A stretch of 63,021 nt of DNA, filler included, from Sphacelaria rigidula (GCA_964200075.2; 11 parts of 11 records of this genome joined end to end with filler, not necessarily neighbours in it), one strand, 5' to 3'. Positions 38,451 through 53,013 are shown, counted from the whole stretch's first letter. Numbers and translations are program-made. The notes: generated by a model from the letters alone, not told the origin.

Positions 38451-40435
38451 TCCTGCTAAAAGGTGGTATGCGCATCACCGTTTCCTACGGGGTCTTGTGA
38501 TGTGATGTGAAGAAGGTCATGGACATGTTCCCAGGAGTGACATCCAGAGTTTTGGCGGAGTTCGCTTCTTCGACAAAACGCATTTGAGTAAAAGGTAGTG
38601 ATGTGGATGTTGGACCTTAATGTCCCACTCACGCCGTCCCCTCGATGTGCTTCTACGGGGTGTGATATGAAGACGTCAACACCAATATCTTACGCTTCCT
38701 CTTCAACGCTTTGAATATGAAGCTTGGGGATATTTCGGTTGCAGGAGCAGTCGTACTTCGCAACATCGAGTTACGCACGCACGCACAACCGGTCGTATTG
38801 GCACACACGGATTGCCTCATGATTATTCTCCAGTCACGATGCGAATTAACCGTTTGAGTATCCTGGGGTTGTGTGTTCAAGATTTTATCCGCTACCAGTT
38901 CCACGCGTATTCTGTTTTATTTCATGTTGTATGTGAACGCTATATAGAAGGCCATTGGCGCTTGACGAAGTTGATTCGAAATAAAAGGTGTCAGCCGAAA
39001 CGCGTGTAGCAACACGTCACCATGTTTCAGCGAGGAGTGTACACCTTCTTTGTCCTCCACTCATCATTTACCTGTGAGTGCTGTCGGGTTAGGCAATGCT
39101 GGGGCCATGAACACCCCCGCCACACCCGTGCTACCCACCACAGGGGTTGGTTAGAGCGACAAGCTCATTGCTGCGGTTCCTTGTGCTCGTTCTGCTTGTA
39201 CGGCTGTCCTCGATGGGAATTTTTTGCCTCGAATATGAGGTACAAGACAAATCAAAATGCTGCCCGACCACACCTGCACGAACCGCGCCTACAGCGCTTT
39301 CAACGTTTTCACAAGATTGAGAACGCAGCTTGCAATCTAGAGTGACCCTTGAGTTGTTTTTGTGCATTCCTAGTGATGGACGAAACACTAGCATCGCTGA
39401 ATATCATGTATTGCGATGCTGATTTGACGCATCACCTACCCTGGTGGTCAAGGGTTCGATTCGAATGGCATCGTGGAACACGTTTAGATTTGGAGTCGTG
39501 AACGCCACGAGTATTAGTAGGGCACGATCCGTAACAAAGGAAGAAGAAGGGGAATGAGGGGTTGTCAAGCTTACAAGTATCCCTCATATCAATGCGCCGC
39601 TGTACGTTAAGCAGGTCATGGTTAGAGGTCACACACAGTGCTATCATTCCAACAATGTTCCGATTTCAGTCGTTGAAAGCGAGCTTAGGGCGTTGACCCG
39701 TCACGCGATTCCAATGAATCAAGTGCCGACATTAGTTTGCTTTCGGACTATATATCCAACGACTAACTCGTCGGAATGTTGAAACCCTTCGACCGCCAGG
39801 CTTGGTAATCAGGATCACGCAGTAACTTTTGACGTGAAAATTATACTGATTCTACAAACGGACAACTTCGGCGCTAAATGCCCGTTTGTGAAATCGACGC
39901 AATTCTCACTCCTTCAAGTGAAAATGGGCTCACATCCAGCGTTATATTCTTTCAATGCTCAGAGTATTTCGTGATATAGTAGTCAGCATGAGAAGTTTTC
40001 AGAATTCGTAGTTGTCTTTTTTCTGAGTTTTTCTGGAGTCCCGTTCTTCACTACTACTTGAAAGTGCTANNNNNNNNNNNNNNNNNNNNNNNNNNNNNNN
40101 NNNNNNNNNNNNNTTAATTAATTAANNNNNNNNNNNNNNNNNNNNNNNNNNNNNNNNNNNNNNNNNNNNGATCCTGGTCCGGCGAAAACCCGGCGTGCTC
40201 CATCCCGGCTTTGTAGGGATGCGAGGTCAATGGTCTCATGACTATGGCATGCATGATCATGAGCACACCCCCCCACATCGTAGGATCACTCCACAGCTTT
40301 CCTCGATTCTTTATGACCGTCCTTGACGGGACAAATCAGAATGTCCTCGGTATGACCCCCAACGAGGAATTCCCAGTGAACGGGGTGGTATTAGGTTCCA
40401 TGTTTGAGCTTCTGTTTCTGCTCTGTTGCGAAAAG

Positions 40436-43400
40436 ACGAGGTTCCCATACTTGACAGCAACCCTTTCACGATCTCGGACGAAAACGGTACGTATGTCCTG
40501 GGCTGTGGCCCCGAACCAGTGTTTCAGAGTGAGCGTGGTGTCCACATACACTATTCAGCGAACGTAAGGGTGTCCGCCGCCCCAAGGATGTATCTACTCA
40601 CGCTTGCAAGGCGCAGCTACTGCAATCGGTACTTGCCTATCAACTCTACGGTAGCGATGCCAATTTCTGATTACAGCCTTACTCTTGAAGTACCGCAGCT
40701 TTAGCGTGTCACACACCCTTACAATGGGCCGCGCAACTGGCGGAACACATTCATGCTCATTCACCGACACTTGTCCGAAACGCAGCTGCACTGCACTCTT
40801 CTAGTACAATGTGATCACCGCGTGATGTTTGCACTCTACGGGTCCCTACTCTAGACAGTATTCTCAGTTTAACCCGCAGTGCTCACCACCTGAGACGGTG
40901 AACGATGCCGATCTCATTTGCTTCAAACAATTTAGATGAAGCGAAGTGGGTGGATGCCGCAGTTGCCTCCGATACTAGCTGCGAAGCTGCTGCGGGGGTG
41001 GCCGGCTCGTCGGTAGGCGAAATGTCTGGTGCTGTCGCCCAGTTCGCCTTCGAGAGTAATGTTGAGTTTTGGAGCTTGTGTTACAAGCACGGATCGGAAA
41101 ACTGGCGTTTGTACGGCGACATGACTCCAACGGCAACAGCTAGTGTAACTGCTACACAAACTACAAGTGAAACTCAGTTGACTAAAGCGGTGGTGTCTCT
41201 CACCCTCGAGGGTAGCATTTCGTCGTACCCCGCCGGCTCTACGGCGCGTGCGCAATTCGAGGCTGCATTTTTGTCCGACCTCTCCAGCGCTCTTGAGGAA
41301 GACATTTCGCGGTTTGAAATCGAGAGCGTACGAGCAGGCTCTGTCGTGGTGGACTTCAGCATCAATCCAACCGGGTAAGGTTTCGATCATGATAGTAGTT
41401 ATCAATTGGCGGGAGGACATCTATAACGTGGTGGAGTTTTATTCGCTGTCGTGCGATTCCACAACTTCTCAATGCATGTATGAACTTTTGGTTTCCGCAC
41501 GTGCTACGTAGTCGTCAGGTGCTACGTAGTCGTCAGGACCCTTGCCATCATGTCGACGATTTCCTGAACGTTACTGCTCACTGCTCACTGCACAGATCGC
41601 TCGCAGATGTATCTGTGACCGAGATACTTGCCGACTTGGAAGCACAAATGACCGACAGTTCGAGTCCTTTGAGAAACGGCAACATCACGGCTGCAGCCAA
41701 AGAAGTGTCTTACTCAACATCCCTCTCGGTGGAAGACACCTCCTCGATCGATTCCACTGCATCTACCGTCGGCCTGTCTGTCATGCAGTATCAACCGAAG
41801 GGTCTGTTTGGGTTCGTGTCGGTAGTTTTGTACACCACGGAGGCAAGTGGGACAGTAACTTTGACTATCCTCAGAGATCATGGCACCAAAGACGTCATGG
41901 ACATTGGCTACGCCACCTCCGATGGGAGCGCTACAGGAGGCAACGACTACGTAGCTTCTACCGGAAGTGTACGATTTTACGATGGGGATACGGTCAAAAC
42001 CTCTGAGGTAGTTTTGTTAGATAATTCTCTCGCCGAACAGCACTTCAAAGCCTTCCAGGTCACCCTAACATTACGCGGCCCCATCAACGACGGGGCTTCA
42101 TTGCGCGAAGCATCTTCTGTGGCGACGGTCTACGTGTACGATTACGGTGATGCCGCTGCTTTGGCCAACACTACTTTTTCGGTCACGACTTTGAGCCCTG
42201 ATGCCCTCCGCGCCGTGAAGCCTACCTCTGAGAATGCCACAACAAATTACGGTTCAGTGGTGGATACTGATGATACTGCGGGTTGGACAGTCACGGACAA
42301 CGGCGGGGAGAAGGGATGGGTGGAGTCGCTTGGATTCGCTGCTAAGGACAATGTCGTCGGCGCAAATGAATACGGTGAGCACGTGAAACATACCGGTATT
42401 GTCTAATATCCTGCTGATGGACGCTGTAGAAAAACACCAAACGAGTAAGACTTTCCATCGCGAAAAGCTGAAGCGACAACAGCACACGCCACCTTGCCAT
42501 TTAGAGAAGGAGGAAGATGGTGAGATTAGCTTGCCGCTTGAATGACGGTTCTGTTTCGATCCGGCCTTGATCGGAATGGTGTGTTTATGAGTAACTTCAC
42601 GACCTTCGTGTGTTCTTGTCACGACTTTGTTGTATCGCCAAAACCCTTGCATGAGCTAATCACAGATGATCGCTGCGACTACGCGGCCACGAGCCCATGC
42701 GATCACGACTGTCTGTTCGGTGGCGGATTGGCCCAGTTGTTCCCAAACACGGACGGAAGTCCATCAGTGTTGCGCCTAGACGGCACGGGTTACGTCGCGA
42801 CACCGGCGGCAGTAACGAATTTCCCATCCACAGTTTTCTCCATCACCTTGTGGGTGCGCGCCATATTCCCCCTAAGAAGAAACGGGGATGGCGTCGTGCT
42901 CTCCTATGCTGCCCCATACGGCAATACCAGGGACTCCGGCGACTCAGAGATTCTGCTACACAATCTGAGTGAGCTACGACTTCTCGTACACGGAAAGTAC
43001 GTGAACGCCCTCGATCGATACGATGGTCCCGGCGGGGGAGATCTTAGTGGAATCAGGACTGGTATTAATGTCGCACGCGACGAGGCGTGGCATCACGTGG
43101 CCGTTGCCTGGAGGTCTGCCGACGGGAAAGTAGACGCTTACCTGGACGGTGCCAGGGTATTTGACGGCGGTCCGTACAAATTGGGCGCGGAATTGGTTCC
43201 CGAGGGAAAATTTGTTCTCGGGCAGCCCTCGACAAACGATTGCACTGCCCTGTCATATGCGGCATCAAATACCCTCGACGCAGGGGAGCCTACCGAAGAA
43301 TCGACAACATGTGATGCGTCCGTTGTAAGTGGTGGGCCAGGGGGACTAGTGGCGGACGTTCAGCACCTGCGCATTTGGTCCAAATACGTCACGGCAGACG

Positions 43401-45017
43401 AAGTGGCACAGCAGATGCATGAGCCATTTGACGGCAATTCCATCGGACAGGTGGGCACACGTGCACGTCCGCATGCAGTGCTAGTACGAGCTGGGCCAGC
43501 CTAGAGGCGGATTTGAAGTTTGCAGGCCCATGCTCCCGCCAGTATTTGGCGTTGGACCCAGAAGTTTGGTATGGACAATGAGGAGGGTATGAAAAAAGAA
43601 TTACATCGGCACCAGAAGTTTTTTTTTTCTCATGAGTTGAAGGCATTGTACCGAAACCTGAAAACTGATTATTGCCCATAACTCACGAAAAAAACCTTTT
43701 GGTGCCGATGTAATTTTTCTTCATGCCCTTTTCATTGTCCATACCAAATTTCAGGGTCCAACTCTAAATATTGGTGGGAGCATGGGCTTTCACAAAAACG
43801 GGTTGGTAGAAATTCGGAACAGTATTTCGCAGGCCACTCACCGGCCCGTGTTCGATTTTCGTGTATTGAAATTTTGTGTGGACGCTCTCTAAGACATAAT
43901 TGATAAACAAAAGTGGGTCGGGTTGATTTTTTTCAATCTTTTTCACTGGTTTAGAGCGTTCTACTATGGTAAAGACCATTTCTTCACGAGGACGCCCTAA
44001 CCTCTATAAAAAAAAAATGAAGGCCCATTTTTTTTCTTCGGCACTCTTTTGTAGTTCTTCACAGTACAATTCGTCGCCATCCGCTAAATGCATCGACCGG
44101 GAGTTTCATAGAGATTTTAGTATTGGCGCTATCTCCGCTAGTAAGTAGGTATAGGAATTACTAGACATGGGGTTTCATTAACGAGAAAAAAATGGCCCAG
44201 ATTTTTAAGCAGATGGGAACCTTTCCCTTGATTAGACGATTAATACGATATGCAGATCACGGCCTAACTCGTCTGTGTCGATGAGATATTGCTTTTAGAG
44301 CTTAAATCCGTTTTTAGGCTGGCCCAGCTCGTATGCATTGCCACCTTGGGAGTTACGCCATGAATGACTAGAATCGGATGCGAGTTTTATCGCAAATCTT
44401 GTGCCTATTGTAGTGGAGGAGAGCGGAAGAGTCTGTTTATGCCAAGTTATCGAGCTGAGTGTCCGGGATACTGCGAGCATGTTATAACAGTACGCCGCGC
44501 AAAGCACAATGTACCCTTCTCAACACGGTGCCCGATAGAAGGAAACCGAAAGCATGACCCATAGAAAATTACGACAAACCAGTTTGCAGTGCTACATCAT
44601 CGAGTTTAGTAACTTGTTGCTGCGTGTAGATCAGGAGCCTAGTAGTATGTTACCCGCGTTTCCAGCCGAAACACCTGGTCTTAGGATACCACACGATGCT
44701 TGGTATACTACGTGAAAAACAAAACTCATCGCTGCCCCATATCGCTCCCGACAGATTCTCCACTGGGATTTTTCGCCGGGGAAGATTGAAGATCGACTAG
44801 TGCAGGACTTGTCTGGTACAGGGTCAAGTGTGTCGGGAGTGGCCAACCACGGCATGATGTCAATACGTGGGGCCTCTTTGGTACAGGGTTCGCCTAGCTT
44901 GAATCCTGGATATCCTTGTGGGTCAGTATACACCGGCGTGTGGAGATTCGCTGCTCCTATGGAGTATGTCACTGCTCTTCGCGGGGATTCGGCGTACGGG
45001 GGGCGCCTTCAATTCAG
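40436..45017 (+). CDS. Internal exons of a large extracellular protein: Calx-beta + LamG/pentraxin-like + laminin IV(B)-like domain
   Basis: Exons ~40436-40563 (less certain), 40936-41374, 41596-42374, 42666-43450 and 44755-45017; the last four join in phase. Motifs: E.SGTVTLTILR..G....IGYATSDGSATGGNDY..STGSVRF.DG; FSITLWVR..WHHVAVAWRS.DG....YLDG..VLGQ..LRIWS; WRFAAP..LRG..AYGGRLQF. Confidence 0.85.
43487..44331. mobile_element. Intronic non-autonomous Tc1/mariner element with a long internal inverted repeat
   Basis: TA|CGAGCTGGGCCAGCCTA...TAGGCTGGCCCAGCTCG|TA. Internal arms at ~43525-43640 and ~43680-43788. Confidence 0.85.
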
Positions 45018-45971
45018 GTGCTGACCTGAATTTATGCAGTATTTTTGCGAGAGTTGCGCGGTAGCAGATATACACATTGCGTAAGACCAGTGAAGCAATA
45101 GGTTACAAGATAATAAAAGCCTACACCACACCCAAGAAAGTTGCAATACTCCAACGGTGAATTGGGAATCGCGGCGTACTCTATATCCTAGTAATGACGT
45201 TGCCAGCCGTAGCTAGACCTTTAAAACTCAAGCCGGATCGCGTGATAAGAGGGTGTTACTGGATTTTGGAGTAAGGATGTGCACTGGTTCCGAGACATCG
45301 GTAAGAGTTGCCCGCGAGTCAGAAGGACCAATCTGTTGTGGTGATTAACAAAACGCCAATGACGCGACTGAAGTATTTTGGAGTGGCCTGGAGACCTCGT
45401 CGCCCTGTATCGAGGGTGTTCAAGGAGGTATGCAGGAAAGTGTCAGTTCACCTACGCAATTGTTCCCGCGCGCTGGATCACTCCTGCTGCTAACGCAGCT
45501 CCCTGCCGAGGCATTTTCCCCACGTTTATGGTTGTTTCTACCAATGTCCAAGCGATTTCTACAAGGCCAATAAATGGGGGGGGGGGGTTGTGCCGGAATT
45601 GAGTGATGTGCCATTGCTCGGGTCTTATTGGTAGCAAGCGCGTTCGAACAAATGTTACTACTCTTAACGACGGTTTGAAGTGCAATTTCGTGCAAAAAGT
45701 GGTTCAAAGTACCCCTTCTCCCCCCCCCCCCCCCCCCCCCCATTCCTCCCCCCCCGGCCCGCGCCCGCTCCCCTCCACACACGCCACTGCGCAGCCCGCA
45801 CATCCACNNNNNNNNNNNNNNNNNNNNNNNNNNNNNNNNNNNNNNNNNNNNTTAATTAATTAANNNNNNNNNNNNNNNNNNNNNNNNNNNNNNNNNNNNN
45901 NNNNNNNCCCCTACAAAGCCGGGACGGAGCACGCCGGGTTCTCGCCGGACCAGGCTATTGGGGGGGGGGGG

Positions 45972-48900
45972 GTACCCCCTGATCGCTGGATATGGCGATA
46001 GTAGTTTCTGTACTGCACCGCACGTGTATTAATCTCACGTCAATTACATTTGATTACTTGGAGTTAGTATAGGCGGTGGTGTAGCCATTTCCCGATATGG
46101 GCCCCCTCGACAATAATGGGGTTATCCTCTTTGGTCCTTTCCCCAAGATTATTCCGACTGCACCAAGCACGTGCTCGCTCACAGCATTTCATGGGCTTCT
46201 TGTTGCCATTCTGTGGTGAACCTCTTCACATCTACATGCGGTGTCATGAAAGTCGGCGACTCGAACACCATGCCATGATTCGTATTTTGCTGTCAAGTAT
46301 GCTAATGATGGACCTGCTGGGCGACATTTGTTTTTGAACAAAATCCCAGCGGCCCTCTCGCGTTCTCGATGGGCAATAACACCTTACCTAGTAGAGGCGG
46401 TCATTATGACCATGTTCAAGAAGGGACGTGTAAGGGAGCTTGTACTGTTGTACGTACTATGTACAAAAAGGACCAAGTTCTGGGAGACACTTGGTAATTC
46501 CATCGCTGAAGTGCCCACCAACGAGCACCTGGTACTCATGATGGATGCCAATGCTCGCACCAGAAAGAGGGAAGGAGGAAGCCTGAATGATGTTCGGATA
46601 TGAGGAGAACATGGCACAGACACCCGGAATAATAACGCTAGACGTCTGCTGAAATCCGCCGCGTAACATAAAATGGAAATCACCAACACATTTTTTCGCA
46701 CCCCAACAAGAGGGGGAAACACGGTCGCATACACACATGAGGGGCCGAAGGCCGGACACTGCTGACGCCTGAACTACATCGTGGCATGTTAGCAAGGCTG
46801 AACATTTATCCGAAACATCACTGTGCACCCCTAGATGAACTTCAACCATCGACTAGTCTCAGCCACCATCGGCCTTCTCGGACGGAGCGCACCCAGCCGC
46901 CGATCAAAACGAGAGGTGGGGGCAGCGGAATGCTCTTACACCGGAAAATCCTCACCTCCGCCTGACGTTGGAGAGCGAACGTTTCGCAGGATATTGTCGC
47001 CGAGCTCCCGAATACCACCAACTCCACCGCATTCCTGGACGTCAACGACATGACATCGACCTTCGCCAACGCCCTGTGACAGATGGCCGCAGATACACTC
47101 CCAAGCGGATGAAGGACGCTGAGCTACGGACTTAATTTACGAGCTCACCGTCAGGACAGTAGAGTTTGCTCGCAAGGACCAAGGCGGGCTGTGCCAACAC
47201 ATCATCAAGTCCTTGAAATCGGAACGGAAGAAGGAGTGCGGCTCAACCCACATCAGGAGCCTGACCGGGGAGTTGTTGCGGGGCAAGCAAGCTATCCTAC
47301 AACGGTGGAAGGAGTGATTTGAAACGCTTCTAAACGCAATCTCGCCTAGGCTCGACCGGTCTGTCATTTCTGTTACCGAACAGATACCGGAGAACGAACC
47401 GCTCGCGGCCGGGCCCTTCATGGAAGAAGTGAAGGAAGCAGTGGGCAAGCCGGTGAACGGCAAGGCCGTTGGGATTGACGACACCTTTCGTGAGCTATTG
47501 AAGCTCAGCCGCACCGAGGACTCTGCCATCCTGAAGTACGCCCACAACACTGTGCTCACAGTGTGGCGTCAGGAAGCAGTACCCCAGCAATGGAAATACA
47601 CCATCATCAATTCGTTGTTCAGGAAACAGGATCCACACGAATGCGGCAACTACCGCGATATTTAGCTAGGGTCACGCGCGGGCAAGGTAGATCGCAGGAT
47701 AATTGCGACTCGCCTCAGCGCCTACCGCGAGCTGAAGGGAATCCTCCCAGAAGCTCATTGCGGCTTCCGACTCGGCCGGTCGACAGCCGACATGGTTTAC
47801 GTTGTGTGCAGGCTCCAAGAATTGGCCAGAGAAAATAATCTTCCACTGTACATGTGATTCATCGACCTCCAATAAAATACGTACGGCTCAGTTGACCTCT
47901 CTCTTCTCTGGAAGATGTTAGTACGATACGGCATCCCCGCCAAGGTGATATCCATCACCCGCCAGTTCCACACGACGGTATGCAGGCATGCGTACGCCTT
48001 GACAGCGACAAGATGTCTGAGTGGTTCGACGTTAATAAGGGCCTCCGCCGAGGTTGCGTGCTTCCCCCCGGTTTGTACAGTATCTTCTTCGCGGCGATGC
48101 TGATGGTGACGTTCGACCGCTACCAATCAAGCGGTGGCGAAGGAGTTCATCCGCATCGGTTAAAGGGGTGGGAAGGCCAGGGACGAACTTAGCAAAGTAC
48201 TTTGGGCCATGTTATACGCCGACGATACTGTCATCGTCTTTCGATCTCGCCTAAGCGTAGCAAAGATGATGACGGCCGTCGTCGAAGTCTGTGCGGTATT
48301 CGGTCTCGTCGTGGCGGAAAAGAAGACGGCAACCATGCACATGCGCTTCCCCAGCATTACGGCTAATGTGGTCGACGTGGAGACAGCGGGCTAATACAAG
48401 GAAGCTGGCGGCAAAATCAACAGCATCGGCAATGTAATTCCTGGGGTCCACAGCCGCATATCCAGGCCTGGAGGTGCTTCGACAAGAGCAGCAGAATGGT
48501 ATACGACAATCTTCACATCGCCCTGGCCACCAAGGTTTGTCTCCTGAAGGCAGAAGTGGTCGAGGTAGTGCGATAAGGCTGCGTGACATGGACAATCGCT
48601 CACGACAAGTTCGGCGCGTTACGGGATGCTCACCGCGGTTTCCTACTGAGGTGCCTCAACAAACATACCTCAAGCCGCAACGCTCCCGACTACCACATGC
48701 TACCAAACCGCGAGATCCTGATCGTGAGTGCATCGAGGCTACCGGAACGAGGCGAACCCTCCTACACGCCGGGCACGTCGTGCGCATGCACGATGAATGC
48801 CTCCCGAATATCGTCATGCGTGGAGTAATGGTCGTAGGGAAAACGAAGGTAGGCCGGGTAAAACACATTCAACACAGTGCCACGAAATACTGCTCCGACT

Positions 48901-49335
48901 TCGGAATAAACGCGACATCGCGGATGCAGGTTGTCTAAGATGTTTCCGGATGGTACCGAATCGTGGAGGAGGGGGCTAATATGTATATGACAGCCTGGAC
49001 CGAAGAGCGCTATGCCGAGGAACTGCGTTCTGTATTACCGCTAGAGTTCCATCAGTGCCTATCGAGGACCACCGTAACGTAACGAGTAGACCGTAGCGTA
49101 GTACACTCGCTAGTGCATCTACCGTCTTCCGAATAGCTTTCGTATGTCTATTGATTCTACTATTCGGATACCTGGGGTTGTTGATTCTACACCCGCTTGG
49201 TAGTCATTTCAATCCATTTTGTCGTTTCTTTCCCTTTTTCTTATGTACGAGTATACTTTGTCGGCAGATCAGGTGGGTTTGTTTTTCCATACCCCAATCA
49301 ACTCGGGAGAAGATTATTTCTCTTCTGTGTTCGCG
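45972..49335 (+). mobile_element. Degenerate RTE-like LINE (APE endonuclease + reverse transcriptase)
   Basis: LVLMMDANART (APE). EEVKEAV..NGKAVGID, VPQQWK..LF.K.D...CGNYR.I, GLR.GCVL.P.L and LYADD (RT). Many stops and frameshifts; ends approximate. Confidence 0.92.
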
Positions 49336-49526
49336 ACGTCTCTCTCTCTCTCGTGATGTCATATGTGGTGATATTTAATTTTTCCTTGGAGTCCCAGAAT
49401 AATTTATTGGAGCTTTTTTCTCCTGCAAGCAATAGCAGGCAGGGTTTTGAAAAAGCAGCCTACGTCTGTGACCACGGGTTCGAGAGATCGGACTAACGTG
49501 CGGAAACACGAATAATGATAACAACG

Positions 49527-49562
<36 letters not shown>

Positions 49563-49669
49563 ACAACAATGACACTTACACTAATCCCGAGTAATTCAAT
49601 AAAATTTTTGACTAGACTCTCTACCTTTTATGAGCCATTATATAGCACAAACTTGATTTTTGTACGGAA

Positions 49670-49920
49670 GTAATGCCGCGATAGCCCCCCCCCCCCCCCA
49701 AACGAGCCCCAAAACTATTATGAAGAAAATGGACATATAGCCTACGATAGCTGGTTTCAGACTGCATGAAGCGCCTCATTTGGGCGACGATGGCGGAAAC
49801 GATCCCAAGCATGGGAACTCCCAACTGTTCGATGTATTCGGCTTTCGCTATGTCGGTTCATATGCAGACCCTTTCTCCCGAAACCAGCCATTTTTCTGGG
49901 GGGGATATCGCGGCATCACT
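49670..49920 (-). mobile_element. MITE related to the 688-940 family
   Basis: TIRs AGTAATGCCGCGATAGCCCCC / GGGGGATATCGCGGCATCACT. Internal sequence is similar to the reverse complement of 688-940. Confidence 0.75.
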
Positions 49921-52755
49921 CCTAGAATCCGTTACGCATGTTTTCGTCGGTCTTCTGGGGTCCGCAGCCGCAGGACAGTACCCTGCGGCAACGCTATCCT
50001 GGAGACCAGCGGTATCACAAGTGATGCTCTTTCTATTGGTATACGGACTGGTGTACCCAACGTACGCTTCGAGCTTCGCCGTGCTCGCGGTATGGTTTTC
50101 GGTGGCCGGGGTTGGCGTTGCAGTCTCCATTTGAACTTAGCTTTCTGTGCATTCGCCCCAGCTTTGGATACGGGGGATGCGGCAATATATCATTGTACCG
50201 TCGTCGTCGCTGTGCTTCGTTTCATGTTATATTGCCCGGACGGAACGTAACCTGAGAAAAGAGCTGTATCCGCGCCAATGCTGCTGGCTCCCTTTTTTTG
50301 TTGGTTGCCGTGCTGTTGTTCTGGATGGCTGACTCGTGTAGAATGGGGCCTTATAGACGTATTATACAGCGCCGTGAGCATACAGAGTCGGCGAAGCCGC
50401 TGAGTAGAGGAGTGCCTACGCGATCCAGGGGCAATGGGTCGACGATGAAGTCATTGTGCATCACTAATATTATTGGCGGCTCATGGGTGCTTGCCGTTGT
50501 CGTCGGAGCGAGGGATACCATCATCCGTGCTGTTACTTTTTAATGTTATTAACTGCCAGGAGAGCGGTGCGCACAATGAGATGAATAGCGAGAGCAACAC
50601 AAATGGTGACCATGAGGATGAACAGGAAGACAGAACAGGGGGAGGGAAGGAGGAGACGAGCTACAACTGTTGTACACTCGAGCTTGAACCAGCGTCACCA
50701 ATGACACAGAACAATAATGTCTTTGCGAGACGGAGCCCAGGATATACGATGGAGAGTGAGAATCGGCCAGATAATGAATGGAAGAGTTCCAGTTCCGGAA
50801 TGCCCCTCCGGGCCTTATATACGCTTTATTTATTAGCTTGCCACTGAAGCCGTTGATATCTCTGGGAAGAATAGCGACGTCTTCATAACTGTAGGCATAC
50901 GATAGTGTCATTACAGGCGAAGAAACGCACACAAAATAATTAAAAAATGGTCAAGTTAGAGCGAATAATAAAACTCGCTCTCAATCAACGCAAGACTCTC
51001 AATCTCACGAAAACAGTGTTACTACATATTTTTTCAATGAGCGTGACCACTACTGAGCTAACTCGTCTTCTCTACATGCTATCAGAATCAATTTGACACG
51101 TGTAATAACACCATTGCCTAACAAGTTCTCTATTTCATCAAATAGTGGCCCCTCGTCTTCAGCGTGATTATTAAACCCGTAGAGCTACTCTTGTGTCTAC
51201 GAATCGAATACATTTCGTAGAAGACACACGTGCGTACAGACATGTGTACAGAGCACATGTACACAGCTCTACCGCAGCACTGTCCTGGGTTGTGTTTAGC
51301 TACCAAAGAGAAATGAAGCCCAAACAATGGAAATATAATAGCTGATATCAGTTCATTTGTTGTCTAACGACCTGTGCCTATAAACTCCGTGCCGTGGTTC
51401 GAAAGAGGAAATTATTGCTAATTCGTTTCAGGTGTACCGATGGTCTGTCGAAGAACGATTTCTTGACACGTAAACGAGCAATGCTACGGTGGGGGTGCAC
51501 TTTTTTCGCGAAATTTTGTCTGGTTCAGGGGCTCCTAACGATTCTNNNNNNNNNNNNNNNNNNNNNNNNNNNNNNNNNNNNNNNNNNNNTTAATTAATTA
51601 ANNNNNNNNNNNNNNNNNNNNNNNNNNNNNNNNNNNNNNNNNNNNCGTCCCGGCTTTGTAGGGATGCGAGGTCAATGGTCTGATGACTATGGCATGCATG
51701 ATCATGAGTACACCCCCCCCGCCGATATACAACCATCCCAACTCAACCAATGAACACTTCGATGGTCGTATCTCGGCGGCAGGGGCAAAAAAAACAAGGA
51801 AACACAGAAATGTGCTGGCGAGGTGTCGGCGAGTAATTACCTTGCAAAGCACTTGCGAATTTCGGGTCTCAACTCGAAAGGTTGAGTCGAGCGCTCGCGG
51901 AATTCCACAACTGACTGATTGCTGAAGGCTGGGGGGGAGGGGGAACCCCAATATATCGCCACGCACACGACATTCCTCTTCACAGTCGACGAAGGAAAGG
52001 GACCGCTGCACCCCTCTCGCGATCAAAAACAAGGCAAGCACCACAGAAGGAACGTGGAGCACTGAAGCAAAATAAAGAGTAAAAACAAAGCCTATGTATT
52101 GGCCTTCCTCCTGTGTGACCCCGGCCGATGCGCCCACATATACCGAAGGGCGCAGACTGGCGTCCAGAATAGATGGGATAACAGCACACAACACATAGAG
52201 CCCAATTTTGACAATTGTGAAAGTCGGGACCGAAAATCGTAACACGTGATTTGAAAAGTATCCACAAACACAATCAACACGGTCTTTTTTATTTTCATTT
52301 TTTTTTCCGCCTAGGTTCGACCAACTGTATTCGACCAAGATACGACCCAACTAAAACGCAATAAATTGGTCGTATCTCGGCGAAAAAAACGAAAAGTCGA
52401 CGAGGATCGCGGCCATATGATGTTGGTGAGCACCCACCGTTCACGTCTACAATTTCAGGTGCTATCCTGCTGCCGGCCGTCTGGCATTTGCTTCACGACG
52501 CCGCGCGCGAGGTGGGCGTGTCCAAACCGAGAGACCCTGCTGGTGTGGGCTGCCGCCACAATTTCGTTATTATTACTTTTTAATCTCAATTTGAACCCCT
52601 CCCCTTCGTCGGGACGAGTCCGTGGTGTCAGTGGAGCAACCCATCTCTTTCCGGTTCATACACGCCTCACATTTTGGCCCTGCGGATTGGATCATGACCA
52701 GCATTTCCGCACCGCATCGACTCTCGTTAAACAAACTCAGTCGAACGGACTTCTT

Positions 52756-53013
52756 CACGGTTAGGATGAATCATCACGACTAAGAATCACCAAATTCACG
52801 ATTTCTTCGGCCTGGTTGCCCAAAAAAGGGAGAAAAAAGTCGATCGCTGGTCCAAGGGGTATCCACGCAAGTTTTGCGCCATTCTACGTGTCTGGACTGC
52901 GTGTACCTGGCTTGCAACGCTGAAATCAAGCCTAGAGATTGATTCGTCACGAGTCAAATGCTTATACTAAAACCAAGTAATTTTCACACGAATCACTATT
53001 TGTCCGACCCTTG
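52756..53013 (+). mobile_element. ~255-bp hAT-type MITE
   Basis: Ends CACGGTTAGGA / TGTCCGACCCTTG, with near-8-bp TSD GACTTCTT/GACTTATT. Family copies at 54947-55207, 55358-55602 and partial 17044-17117. Confidence 0.8.

Noticed and set aside
50560..50847. Possible acidic terminal exon after CAG
   Set aside because: No recognisable motif or partner exon, so support is insufficient.
51670..51715. Hammerhead ribozyme suggested by CTGATGA plus a stem
   Set aside because: There is no GAAA after the stem, and the 40170 copy reads CTCATGA.
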